Below are positions 27,560 to 36,391 of a stretch of 59,958 nt of DNA, in pieces (position 1 is the stretch's first letter; each line of letters starts with the position of its first letter). Source of the DNA: an uncultured archaeon (GTDB lineage Archaea > Thermoplasmatota > Penumbrarchaeia > JASLWR01). The stretch spans positions 1-59,958 of the forward strand of contig CAYFHS010000023.1 in the NCBI GenBank assembly GCA_964342815.1, in the 5' to 3' direction. The notes beneath the pieces are model-generated. The model was not told the DNA's origin, made no database searches, and was given only the letters and a program-made list of their open reading frames with translations. The translations under genes were made by a program, and so were the position numbers.

Positions 27560-30500
27560 ATGAGTAAACGGAAATACATAATTATTTCGATCCTGTTCAT
27601 ATTGCTTAGTCCTATACCCGGATCAGCATTTATCCGGGAAAATCCAGAGGAAACAAGGCTTCCCGGATATGTACCCGAAGATTTTCCCCCACCCATTACC
27701 CGGGATCATAGATCAGTGACTTTCACCAACGTAAGTAAAGAGGTCGGTCTCGCAGGCAGGAACGGGAATTATTTTGCCTGGGGGGATTACAACAACGATG
27801 GAAATTCCGATCTTCTTGTAAACGGCAGGTACCTGTATCGAAACAACGGGGGACCCGATTATAATTTTTCCTATGTCAGCAACGAGGCGAATCTCGTCAC
27901 GGGAGGTCCGTGGGTCAGCAACGGGGTATGGGGCGACTACGACAATGACGGTTGGTTGGATATCTTCGCCGGGGGAAGATCGGATCGTCTTTTTCACAAC
28001 AGGGGAGACGGGACCTTCGAGGATCTGACTGTCGCGGCGGGTTTGGACGAAGATGAATATCCAACCTGTGCGGGATCGTGGGGGGATTACGACAGGGACG
28101 GTTACCTGGATCTCTACATAGCTAACGGAGAAGATTGGAACGACGGAAACTACATCCATTATCCGGACCGTTTATACCACAACCAGCGCAATGGAACTTT
28201 CTCCGAGGTTACCTTGGAAGCCGGGATGGACACCTCGGGATCACCGGCTTACGGGCGGGGTGCCACATGGGGTGATATTGACAACGATGGTTGGCTTGAC
28301 CTGTTCGTTTCCAATTATCGGTTGAAACCGAATTATCTATGGTATAACAACAGGGACGGGACGTTCACGGATATAGCTCAAGACAGAGGATGTGCGGGAC
28401 ATTACGACACCCATATGTTCTACGATGACTATGTCGACAGGTGGTACGGTTATCAATGGGGACACACAATAGGGTCCGCCCTTGGAGATCTTGACAATGA
28501 CGGTCTGCTGGACATCTGGACATCCAATCTGGTGCATAAATACGTGGGAAGAACCAGTTCGCCCGAAATACCATATGATATACGCGGATATGTCTGCGAC
28601 GATTCGAGGATATATCGTAACGATGGTGCCCCCACATATGCTTTTACGGACATGCGGCCCAGCTCCGGCATTCCATACAAACCCATTGGAGATGTAGATC
28701 CCGCAACCCCTCTTCCAACCTTTATTGGAGATGAATTCTGGTTCAACGCCGCTTTTGGAGATTTCGATAATGACGGTGACATAGATGTATTCGTTCCCCA
28801 GGGGGGAAGTTCCTATTACGACGTTCCTTATGCTTATTCCTTCATGTTCAGGAACGAAGGGAACTGGAGCTTTACTGACGTTTCGGATGACATAGGTTTT
28901 CGGACGTGGTGTACTTACGGCGGTTCATGGTGCGATTATGATAATGACGGTGACCTCGATCTCGTTACCAGCGGAAAAAGCCCTTATACCGGTGAAGGAC
29001 AGGGTACCTACGAGGTTCGTTTATACAGGAACAGCGGAAACGATAAACACTGGCTTAAACTGAAGGTAATGGACGGGAACATGCATGCGGTGGGGGCCCA
29101 GGTCAGGGTACACACCGCCTCTGGGATGCAGTTGAGGCAGGTGGAGACCGGAACCGGCTGCTACTCCAGCCAGCACGACATCGTACTCCATTTCGGTTTG
29201 GATAATGAAAATATAATTCCCAAGGTAGAGATAATATACCCCGACGGCACCGTTAAAATACTTGAGAACGTCAACTGCGACCAAACGCTAGAGATTGACA
29301 AAGCTCAAAACTTACCTACAATAAAAAGTCTAACTGCAGACAAGCACAATGTAAATGAAGGAGTTTCGGTCACCTTCGACATCGATACCGAGCCGATCTG
29401 CCAGGTAAGCTGGGATTTCGATTCGGACGGGATTCCGGATCGAAATTCAATTTCCACCGATTCCCCCGAACATGTCTTCAATTTATCCGGGACTTTCATA
29501 ATAAAGGCCTACTGCTGGTCACCGGACGGATTATCGGGAAGCACTGACACTTTGAAGATATCGGTCACTAACCTTGCGCCCGTGGCGAATATTACCGGTG
29601 AGCTGAAGGGATTCGAAGATCAGCTGTTGCATTTCTCCGCATCCGGCTCATTTGATACCGAGCATGATCTTGCGCAAATGAAATATTACATGGATTTCGG
29701 CGACGGTAATACAAGCGGTTTCGTAAATCACAGCGATTTTCATCATGCTTACCCGGAAATGGGAACCTATGTCGTATCGCTGACCATCCTGGACGACGAC
29801 GGCGAGAGCGCAAGCTGCAGTGTTTCAGTAAATATCGCTAACTGGATCCCGGTTCCCCGTATATTTGGTGAGTCCCAGGGTTATGAGGACGTTGAAATGA
29901 CATTCAAAGGATCTTGTAACGACACTCTATCGGACCGGGATTTCATTCAGTACGCATGGGAGTTCGGCGACGGGGACAAATCAGGGTTTCCCGCTCCGAA
30001 CGAGACATCTCACACGTACACAGATGCTGGCGAATATATAGTTACCCTGAAGGTAAAGGACCGGCACGGCAAGATCAATCGAACGACTATTTTGGTCAAT
30101 ATATCCAACATAGCACCAAACTGCACCTCAATGGAAAACAGGGCCGGGATTGAGGACTCCAAAATTTTCTTTTCGGGAACGGGGTATGATTCCGAGTCCG
30201 ATATTGGGATTCTGAGATATCAATGGGATTTCGGTGACGGCCAAATCACGGGATGGCAGCCCGCCGCCGACACTGAGCATATATACAGGCAGGCAGGCGA
30301 ATATATTGCTGTATTGAAGGTGATGGACGATGATCTGGATACTGGAGAATACAGGGTGAATGTCAGTATCGCAAACCAGATACCGGATGGGGTGCTCACC
30401 CTCCCCAGCAATTTGATATACGAGGATGACGAGGTGAAATTCACTGGGTATGGGAAGGATACTGAATCAGATGAGGACGATCTGGCTTACCGATTGGATT

Positions 30501-31474
30501 TCGGCGACGGTAATATCAGTATTTGGCAGGATGAGCCTGTATTTTCGCATTTATACAGTTATTCCGGTACCTACAGGGTGAAACTGGAGATCAGAGATAA
30601 CAGTAACGGGTCGTTCTTTGTTTACAAGTCATTAATGATAACAAACATGATCCCTGAAAGCGTTTTTGGTTTTTCTCCCTCGAAGGATCTTGATAAAGTA
30701 ACGGATATCATATTCGATGCAGGTGGCACAGGCGACACTCCATCTGACATAGGGGGGCTGAACTTTACGTGGAATATGGGAAAAGAAAAGATACTCTACG
30801 GGAAGAGGGTGAATTACACGTTCTTGGGATCTGGAAAACACAACGTGAAATTGACAGTGACGGATGACGACGGTGATTGGGATTCCACCTCCAGATACCT
30901 CGTTATAGAGAATACCCCCCCTTTGGCCGTAATAACAACCGTACCGGCATTGGTAATTGAGGGAACGATAGTCATTTTCGATGGAAGCGCATCTACGGAC
31001 ACCCCCGGCGATATCGGCGGTCTTGTGTACATGTGGAAGATCGAAGGAATAAAAAAGAGCGGGGTCACCTTTGAGCATATTTTTAAAGATGCGGGTACTT
31101 ACATGATATATCTCACAGTTACCGATGAGGAAGGCGATTCGGGTGATACGGCCATGAAGGTGATTGTGAGAGATGATGGCGTTCCGGAAGGTTTGCCGAG
31201 CACCCAATCCGGTATCACCTGGGGGTGGATTGGTGTAATCGGTAGTATAACCGTGGTTCTCGTCATGGTCGGGTTGATACTGTTGATCATAAGGAAAAAA
31301 AGAGAAAGTCTCACGAAAAACGAATTTATTTCTCAGGACGAAACAATGGATACGAAGAAAACCATACCGTATATCTCACCGGTCCCGTCCAAAAATAGGA
31401 TAAGACACGGATCCGTAACACCTACTAGGATGATCACAAAGAGAATTATCAAAAAGAAAGTAAAAAGGGATTGA
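27560..31474 (+). CDS. Tandem paralog: FG-GAP plus ASPIC/UnbV surface protein with 7 PKD domains and TM
   Basis: Same domain order as 23106..27503; AVGAQVRV...RQVETGTGCYSSQHDIVLHFGL; TM ITWGWIGVIGSITVVLVMVGLILLII then RKKR. Confidence 0.9.
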   Translation: MSKRKYIIISILFILLSPIPGSAFIRENPEETRLPGYVPEDFPPPITRDHRSVTFTNVSKEVGLAGRNGNYFAWGDYNNDGNSDLLVNGRYLYRNNGGPDYNFSYVSNEANLVTGGPWVSNGVWGDYDNDGWLDIFAGGRSDRLFHNRGDGTFEDLTVAAGLDEDEYPTCAGSWGDYDRDGYLDLYIANGEDWNDGNYIHYPDRLYHNQRNGTFSEVTLEAGMDTSGSPAYGRGATWGDIDNDGWLDLFVSNYRLKPNYLWYNNRDGTFTDIAQDRGCAGHYDTHMFYDDYVDRWYGYQWGHTIGSALGDLDNDGLLDIWTSNLVHKYVGRTSSPEIPYDIRGYVCDDSRIYRNDGAPTYAFTDMRPSSGIPYKPIGDVDPATPLPTFIGDEFWFNAAFGDFDNDGDIDVFVPQGGSSYYDVPYAYSFMFRNEGNWSFTDVSDDIGFRTWCTYGGSWCDYDNDGDLDLVTSGKSPYTGEGQGTYEVRLYRNSGNDKHWLKLKVMDGNMHAVGAQVRVHTASGMQLRQVETGTGCYSSQHDIVLHFGLDNENIIPKVEIIYPDGTVKILENVNCDQTLEIDKAQNLPTIKSLTADKHNVNEGVSVTFDIDTEPICQVSWDFDSDGIPDRNSISTDSPEHVFNLSGTFIIKAYCWSPDGLSGSTDTLKISVTNLAPVANITGELKGFEDQLLHFSASGSFDTEHDLAQMKYYMDFGDGNTSGFVNHSDFHHAYPEMGTYVVSLTILDDDGESASCSVSVNIANWIPVPRIFGESQGYEDVEMTFKGSCNDTLSDRDFIQYAWEFGDGDKSGFPAPNETSHTYTDAGEYIVTLKVKDRHGKINRTTILVNISNIAPNCTSMENRAGIEDSKIFFSGTGYDSESDIGILRYQWDFGDGQITGWQPAADTEHIYRQAGEYIAVLKVMDDDLDTGEYRVNVSIANQIPDGVLTLPSNLIYEDDEVKFTGYGKDTESDEDDLAYRLDFGDGNISIWQDEPVFSHLYSYSGTYRVKLEIRDNSNGSFFVYKSLMITNMIPESVFGFSPSKDLDKVTDIIFDAGGTGDTPSDIGGLNFTWNMGKEKILYGKRVNYTFLGSGKHNVKLTVTDDDGDWDSTSRYLVIENTPPLAVITTVPALVIEGTIVIFDGSASTDTPGDIGGLVYMWKIEGIKKSGVTFEHIFKDAGTYMIYLTVTDEEGDSGDTAMKVIVRDDGVPEGLPSTQSGITWGWIGVIGSITVVLVMVGLILLIIRKKRESLTKNEFISQDETMDTKKTIPYISPVPSKNRIRHGSVTPTRMITKRIIKKKVKRD

Positions 31475-31652
31475 AAGACAGCTGAAAATAGATTCCTTCC
31501 TTCTTGAAATAGATATTTTATTTCACACGAAAAAAGCTCACGCTAATTGTGAGGAACTAACAGATTTTACTGGAAAACCTGACCCTTACCAGAAGCATCC
31601 TTCCCCGGGTGTTACCTCTCCATTATCGCCTATTCTGGTGTTTTACCCCGTA

Positions 31653-31784
31653 CTATCTCTTATAGATCGTATAAAGACAGTGTGAACATCTCCAGATCTC
31701 GAAGATGTCCTCGCCCCGAGAGAAGGGTAATAAAGAACCCTCCTCGCACTTCGGACATGGCGGGAAAATCGTAGTCGAAGCCAT
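31653..31784 (-). CDS. 43-aa CPxC/CxxC zinc-finger microprotein
   Basis: MASTTIFPPCPKCEEGSLLPFSRGEDIFEIWRCSHCLYTIYKR; strong GGAGGTGGAG SD just before ATG 31784 (track start 31844 is probably too long). Confidence 0.75.
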   Translation of the reverse strand: MASTTIFPPCPKCEEGSLLPFSRGEDIFEIWRCSHCLYTIYKR

Positions 31785-31951
31785 TACTCCACCTCCAGAA
31801 CATAGAATCAATCCTTCCCTTTTAAATTTTTCTGCAAATTCCACATCGCAAATAAAGGATTTATCCGCAAAATCTGAATAGTGATTTTCGAGGGTAGATT
31901 TTGTAGTTTTCAGTAGAAAAATCCCTCATTTTGAGCCAAGGGCCGTTTAAA

Positions 31952-31975
31952 ATGTTGTACAACATATTTTATATA
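31952..31975. promoter_or_regulatory. Perfect 14-bp palindrome ATGTTGTACAACAT adjacent to TATA-like TTTTATATA
   Basis: Palindrome at 31952-31965, TATA-like at 31967-31975, in the divergent intergenic region between the microprotein and the membrane-anchored wHTH gene. Confidence 0.5.
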
Positions 31976-32056
31976 GGAGTAAAGATAATATTAAATTATA
32001 CACATTGTAAAACACATTTGAAATGATAAATCGAATTAAACAAGCAGTTACGTCGC

Positions 32057-34570
32057 ATGGAAAAACAGGTGAGTCAAATGTCAAGAACGGATAATAGGTT
32101 GTTGATTACCATTACTGCCATATTGGCAATAAGCTTTCTACTGCCTGTCGTTTTCATGAACTCATCATGGAGTGAGGATGAGACGAAAAAGAATGTGACA
32201 CAACCCAAAATCGCCGAAACGGGTACCAGAGCCGAGAATTACTCATTTTCCATATCAATAAACGAAACGGAGCATATTCTGTATCTCGAACCCGGACGAA
32301 CAAAGGAAATGGAACTGGTAATCACAAACACGGGAGATGAGAATGATTCCTACACGGTGAGCGTTTCGTCTGCTGGAGATATATGGCCCTACAAGATATC
32401 GGATTCAAGCTCGCCTACGCTGAATCCTCAGGAGAACTTTTCGGTTAATTTGAACGTGACTGCTCCCACCGACCTCTTTTCGTATCCACGGGAATGCGTA
32501 TTCGAGATCAGGACTGCGTCAGTGAACCGGACCGAAATAACGAACAACATCACTCTGCTGCTTATACTCACCTCAATCGACATTGATATGGAAATCGGAC
32601 TGGTTGATGAGAATGGCGCCGAAGTTATCACTATGAAAATTGATGAGGAACAGAACGAACTGTTATTCCTCTCTCTGTACAATACCGGTAATGTTTTTGA
32701 CGTATACGATCTGTCCATATCGGGTCTTTCTCAGGGATGGAGCGCTCAATTCCGAACCGGCGCTCAAAATATATTGGTGGAACTGGAACCGGGAAATGTT
32801 AGATCCACTGTCCAGGAGCTGATAGTGCTAAGCTGCAGCAGGAATTCCACCGAGAGCAGCCATCTTGTAATCGTGGCCAATTCTACGGTACCTCAGACCG
32901 GACAACCCATCTCCAAAATACTAACTATCAACCTTGAAAAGAGACAAAGGGATGTTCCTATCATACTCGAGTCTGAAATCAAATACCTGCTGGTAAATCC
33001 CGGAGAAGTGTTCGAGATACCAATAAGCGCCACAAACTTCGGTTCCACCGACCTCTCGTTCAAACCAATGGTGAACGGAAGCCTCCCTGAGTGGATCAAG
33101 CTTTTGGACTTTCCCGCATCCCACCATCTGATACGTGGGCAAAGCAGTACCGAGTACAGTTTCAGATTCTCAATTGAGAAGGATACGGCTGCCGATTCCG
33201 AATACATAATCGGTTTCTCAGGATCATGCAGGGAAAGCTATGGGCGGGTCTTCGGCATCTGGGTTCACCTGAAGGTTCCGCAGGTGTTCAACCTCACAAC
33301 CTCCAGCGACACCAGCTCAATAGAATTGGTTCAAGGTAGGTCCAGCAAGATCGTGATCACGCTTCATAACAATGGGAACGGCGACGAAGAGGTGGACATT
33401 TATCCCGAATGGAAGGATTCACTATGGGTGAACGCAAGCGATCACATGGTCGTACTTGCGCCATTGGAGATGAAGAACGTGACATTGAACATCTCTATAA
33501 GAGACATTGAAAAAGCCTTTTCCGATATGTTGGTTGTCTCAGTTGTATCGTCCCGGGACACTACGATGTTTAAAATTAATATTAGTGTGATCAAAGACGA
33601 GCCAGTTCTTTTACCGGATCTGACGGTGATAGAGGAAAAATCCGGTGTCACCGATAATGGATACACCAACAATGGATTCATATACCTAAATTTTACCGTG
33701 GTGAACCTTGGAAATGACGACAGCGGTCCTTTCACCATAAACGTACGGACCATTAACAAACTGGGCAGTATCTCACAGCCGCTTATGAACAGACTTGAAG
33801 ACAATCTTGCCCCCGGAGGCTTTCTTTATTTTTCCATACCCATCACACCCAAACAGGCAGATAACAAGGTCACGGTGGAACTTGATTATGGTAACGAGGT
33901 AAAGGAAGCCAATGAGACGAACAATCTTCTTGCCGTCAGCATATATCCAAACAATAACGAGCTAGAGCCCACGTACACTGTTTCATCCAATGAAGGTTTT
34001 ATCCCGGCACCGATATATATTGCCGGGGGCGGTGTAATTTTCCTCGTCATCCTGCTCACCGTAATCTACGGAATTGGAAGCGAATCCACCAAATACTCCA
34101 TGTTGACGGTATTCGTCCCTCTGTATTCTAAAATGTTGAGAGAGGACATTCTATCACATGCCACCCGGGAAAAGGTGTATCATTTCGTGAAGAACCATCC
34201 AGGAGAACATTACCGTTCCATCCTGGAAAGTCTCGAGCTGAAGAACGGTACCCTAAGTTACCATCTGAAGACACTTGAAAAACGGGAGTTCATAGTATCC
34301 CAGAAAGACGGACCCTACCGACGGTTCTTTCTCCACGGATCGCAGTTGAAAAAGAAGGTCTATATAAACGGCCTTCGAAAGAAGATATATGATTTCATAA
34401 TGAAAAACCCCGGGCTTAGCCAAAAAGAGATCGCCAAGTTAATGAAATGCACATCCCCCACTGTGAATTATCACGTCAACAATATGGTCAACCAGGGATT
34501 GGTGGATATTACACGAAAGGGCAGGGAAACCCACTGTTTTGCCATCAATTCCCAGAATCTTTTACAATGA
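32057..34570 (+). CDS. Membrane-anchored transcriptional regulator: extracellular Ig-like/CARDB domains, TM, cytoplasmic double winged HTH
   Basis: N-terminal signal/TM; LPDLTV...VVNLGNDDSGPF...LDYGNEVKEANETNN (CARDB); TM; PLYSK...TREKVYHFVKNHPG...GTLSYHLKTLEK and PGLSQKEIAK...TVNYHVNNM (two wHTH). Likely start 32078 (AGGTGA SD). Confidence 0.87.
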   Translation: MEKQVSQMSRTDNRLLITITAILAISFLLPVVFMNSSWSEDETKKNVTQPKIAETGTRAENYSFSISINETEHILYLEPGRTKEMELVITNTGDENDSYTVSVSSAGDIWPYKISDSSSPTLNPQENFSVNLNVTAPTDLFSYPRECVFEIRTASVNRTEITNNITLLLILTSIDIDMEIGLVDENGAEVITMKIDEEQNELLFLSLYNTGNVFDVYDLSISGLSQGWSAQFRTGAQNILVELEPGNVRSTVQELIVLSCSRNSTESSHLVIVANSTVPQTGQPISKILTINLEKRQRDVPIILESEIKYLLVNPGEVFEIPISATNFGSTDLSFKPMVNGSLPEWIKLLDFPASHHLIRGQSSTEYSFRFSIEKDTAADSEYIIGFSGSCRESYGRVFGIWVHLKVPQVFNLTTSSDTSSIELVQGRSSKIVITLHNNGNGDEEVDIYPEWKDSLWVNASDHMVVLAPLEMKNVTLNISIRDIEKAFSDMLVVSVVSSRDTTMFKINISVIKDEPVLLPDLTVIEEKSGVTDNGYTNNGFIYLNFTVVNLGNDDSGPFTINVRTINKLGSISQPLMNRLEDNLAPGGFLYFSIPITPKQADNKVTVELDYGNEVKEANETNNLLAVSIYPNNNELEPTYTVSSNEGFIPAPIYIAGGGVIFLVILLTVIYGIGSESTKYSMLTVFVPLYSKMLREDILSHATREKVYHFVKNHPGEHYRSILESLELKNGTLSYHLKTLEKREFIVSQKDGPYRRFFLHGSQLKKKVYINGLRKKIYDFIMKNPGLSQKEIAKLMKCTSPTVNYHVNNMVNQGLVDITRKGRETHCFAINSQNLLQ

Positions 34571-34628
34571 GCGATGAAATAAATAAAATTTTATTCTTTA
34601 CGGGCGAAAACTCTTGGTAGAACAAATT

Positions 34629-34731
34629 GGATGGTAAGCTTAGATGAGAGGATTATTGTGTGCACGATGAATGCGGTGATTAGGTACTAATCTTACCATC
34701 CGTGAATCATGAGACGATGAAAATCATTCAC
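34629..34731. other. Intergenic inverted-repeat/stem-loop region
   Basis: GGATGGTAAGcTTAG (34629-34643) pairs with CTAAtCTTACCATCC (34687-34701), 14/15; second imperfect hairpin 34702-34731. Confidence 0.45.
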
Positions 34732-35109
34732 GTCCCGAGCAATCGTTATTTCCCTAGATACATGCGATATAGCCTAAGGTAGATGTAATTAATTAAAGAT
34801 AACAATATAAATAACTTTCTCGATCGATTTCATTTGATCGAATTTTAATTCGAGCTTTGGTGATCGGATTTCACAGATGAGGAACGGTATATATCGAATG
34901 AGGTGTTCTAATAAAATCCTATTTATTCGTGCATCCCTTTTGTAAAGTTAACCCAAAATAGCGTTTTTCTCCGGTGACTTGACATTCCAAAAATACGAAA
35001 ATAAGGTCAATTAATAGTGGAAATGTAGAAAAATTCATATCTTATATGCAATATATTCCACTTGAATCAGTGATTATTACGATTATTTCATAAAGGAGCT
35101 GAATGCAAT

Positions 35110-36390
35110 ATGGCAAGAAAAGGCATACGAGAATACGATGCGAAGCGTTTGCTGGCAAGTGGACTCCCTCGTTCATCAGAGGGACGATTTGAAATGAACC
35201 TCGATCGGGTTCTCATCACCCCGGATACCGACCTTTCAAGTTTGGGTGAAGAACATCCGTGGCTGAAGAACACACCGCTGGTTGTCAAACCGGACCAGTT
35301 ATTCGGAAAGAGAGGGAAGAACAATCTTCTCCTACTCGACGCAACTCTAGATGAGGCGGTTGCATGGATAAACGAAAGAATGAACGTCGAGACCACCATT
35401 GTCCAAACCACGGGTAAAACCACCGGGGTACTGACTCATTTCCTGGTAGAGCCGTTCATATCTCATGAAAGCGAATACTATGTTGCTATCGTTCAGAAGG
35501 AAAATGGAGATGTGATCTATTTTTCCACCCAGGGCGGAGTTGATATCGAAGCGGTTTGGGATTCGGTCATAACGATTGAGGTCCCGGCCACTGCTTCTAT
35601 CGATGATATCGAGATTGAAAGCGCACTCCACAATGTAGCTGAAAAAACCCTGGTGGCCAATTTCATAAAAGCATTATACAGCGTTTTCGACCAGTACTAT
35701 TTCACTTATCTGGAACTGAATCCGTTCTCCTTTGCTGATGGGAAAATTGTTATCCTTGACACAGTGGCCAAACTGGATGACACTGCGTCATTCCAGTGTT
35801 CGGAGGTCTGGGGAAAAATAAAATTCCCGAAAGCCTTTGGAGCCGTGAAAAGCCCAGAGGAAGAGTACGTGGCCCAGCTCGACGAGAGAACGGGAGCCTC
35901 ACTGAAACTGACCATATTGAACCCGGACGGGATCGTGTGGAATCTGGTTGCCGGAGGAGGAGCAAGCGTCATTTACGCCGATACCGTGGTCGACCTGGGT
36001 TACAGCAGGGAACTGGCCAATTACGGGGAATACAGCGGAAATCCGTCAATGGAGCTGACCTATGAATACACAAAAACGTTACTCAAGCTCATGACGCGGA
36101 ATAAAGACCCGCAGGGACGTCCGAAATATCTCCTGATCGGCGGGGGGATCGCCAATTTCACCGACGTTGCAAAGACCTTCACGGGTATAATAAGGGCAAT
36201 TGAGGATTATCAGGACTTGCTAAAGGAGATAGGGGTAAAAATATACGTGCGGAGAGGCGGCCCGAACTACAAGGAAGGACTGGAGAATATGAAGAATCTC
36301 GGGGCCAGAATCGGAATACCCATAGAGGTACACGGACCTGAGACGCATATGACCAGGATAGTGTCCCTTGCTCTTGCGGGGGGTGAATGA
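35110..36390 (+). CDS. aclB: ATP-citrate lyase, beta (ATP-grasp) subunit
   Basis: MARKGIREYDAKRLL, VVKPDQLFGKRGK, LELNPF, AKLDDTA, VAGGGASVIYADTV, ANYGEYSGNP, IGGGIANFTDVAKTF, VRRGGPNY. Confidence 0.93.
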   Translation: MARKGIREYDAKRLLASGLPRSSEGRFEMNLDRVLITPDTDLSSLGEEHPWLKNTPLVVKPDQLFGKRGKNNLLLLDATLDEAVAWINERMNVETTIVQTTGKTTGVLTHFLVEPFISHESEYYVAIVQKENGDVIYFSTQGGVDIEAVWDSVITIEVPATASIDDIEIESALHNVAEKTLVANFIKALYSVFDQYYFTYLELNPFSFADGKIVILDTVAKLDDTASFQCSEVWGKIKFPKAFGAVKSPEEEYVAQLDERTGASLKLTILNPDGIVWNLVAGGGASVIYADTVVDLGYSRELANYGEYSGNPSMELTYEYTKTLLKLMTRNKDPQGRPKYLLIGGGIANFTDVAKTFTGIIRAIEDYQDLLKEIGVKIYVRRGGPNYKEGLENMKNLGARIGIPIEVHGPETHMTRIVSLALAGGE

Positions 36391-36391
36391 T

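Noticed and set aside
23106-31474. Tandem paralogs as a DGR or phase-variation cassette
   Set aside because: No reverse transcriptase or recombinase, and no near-identical DNA repeats noticed; the divergence looks like an old duplication.
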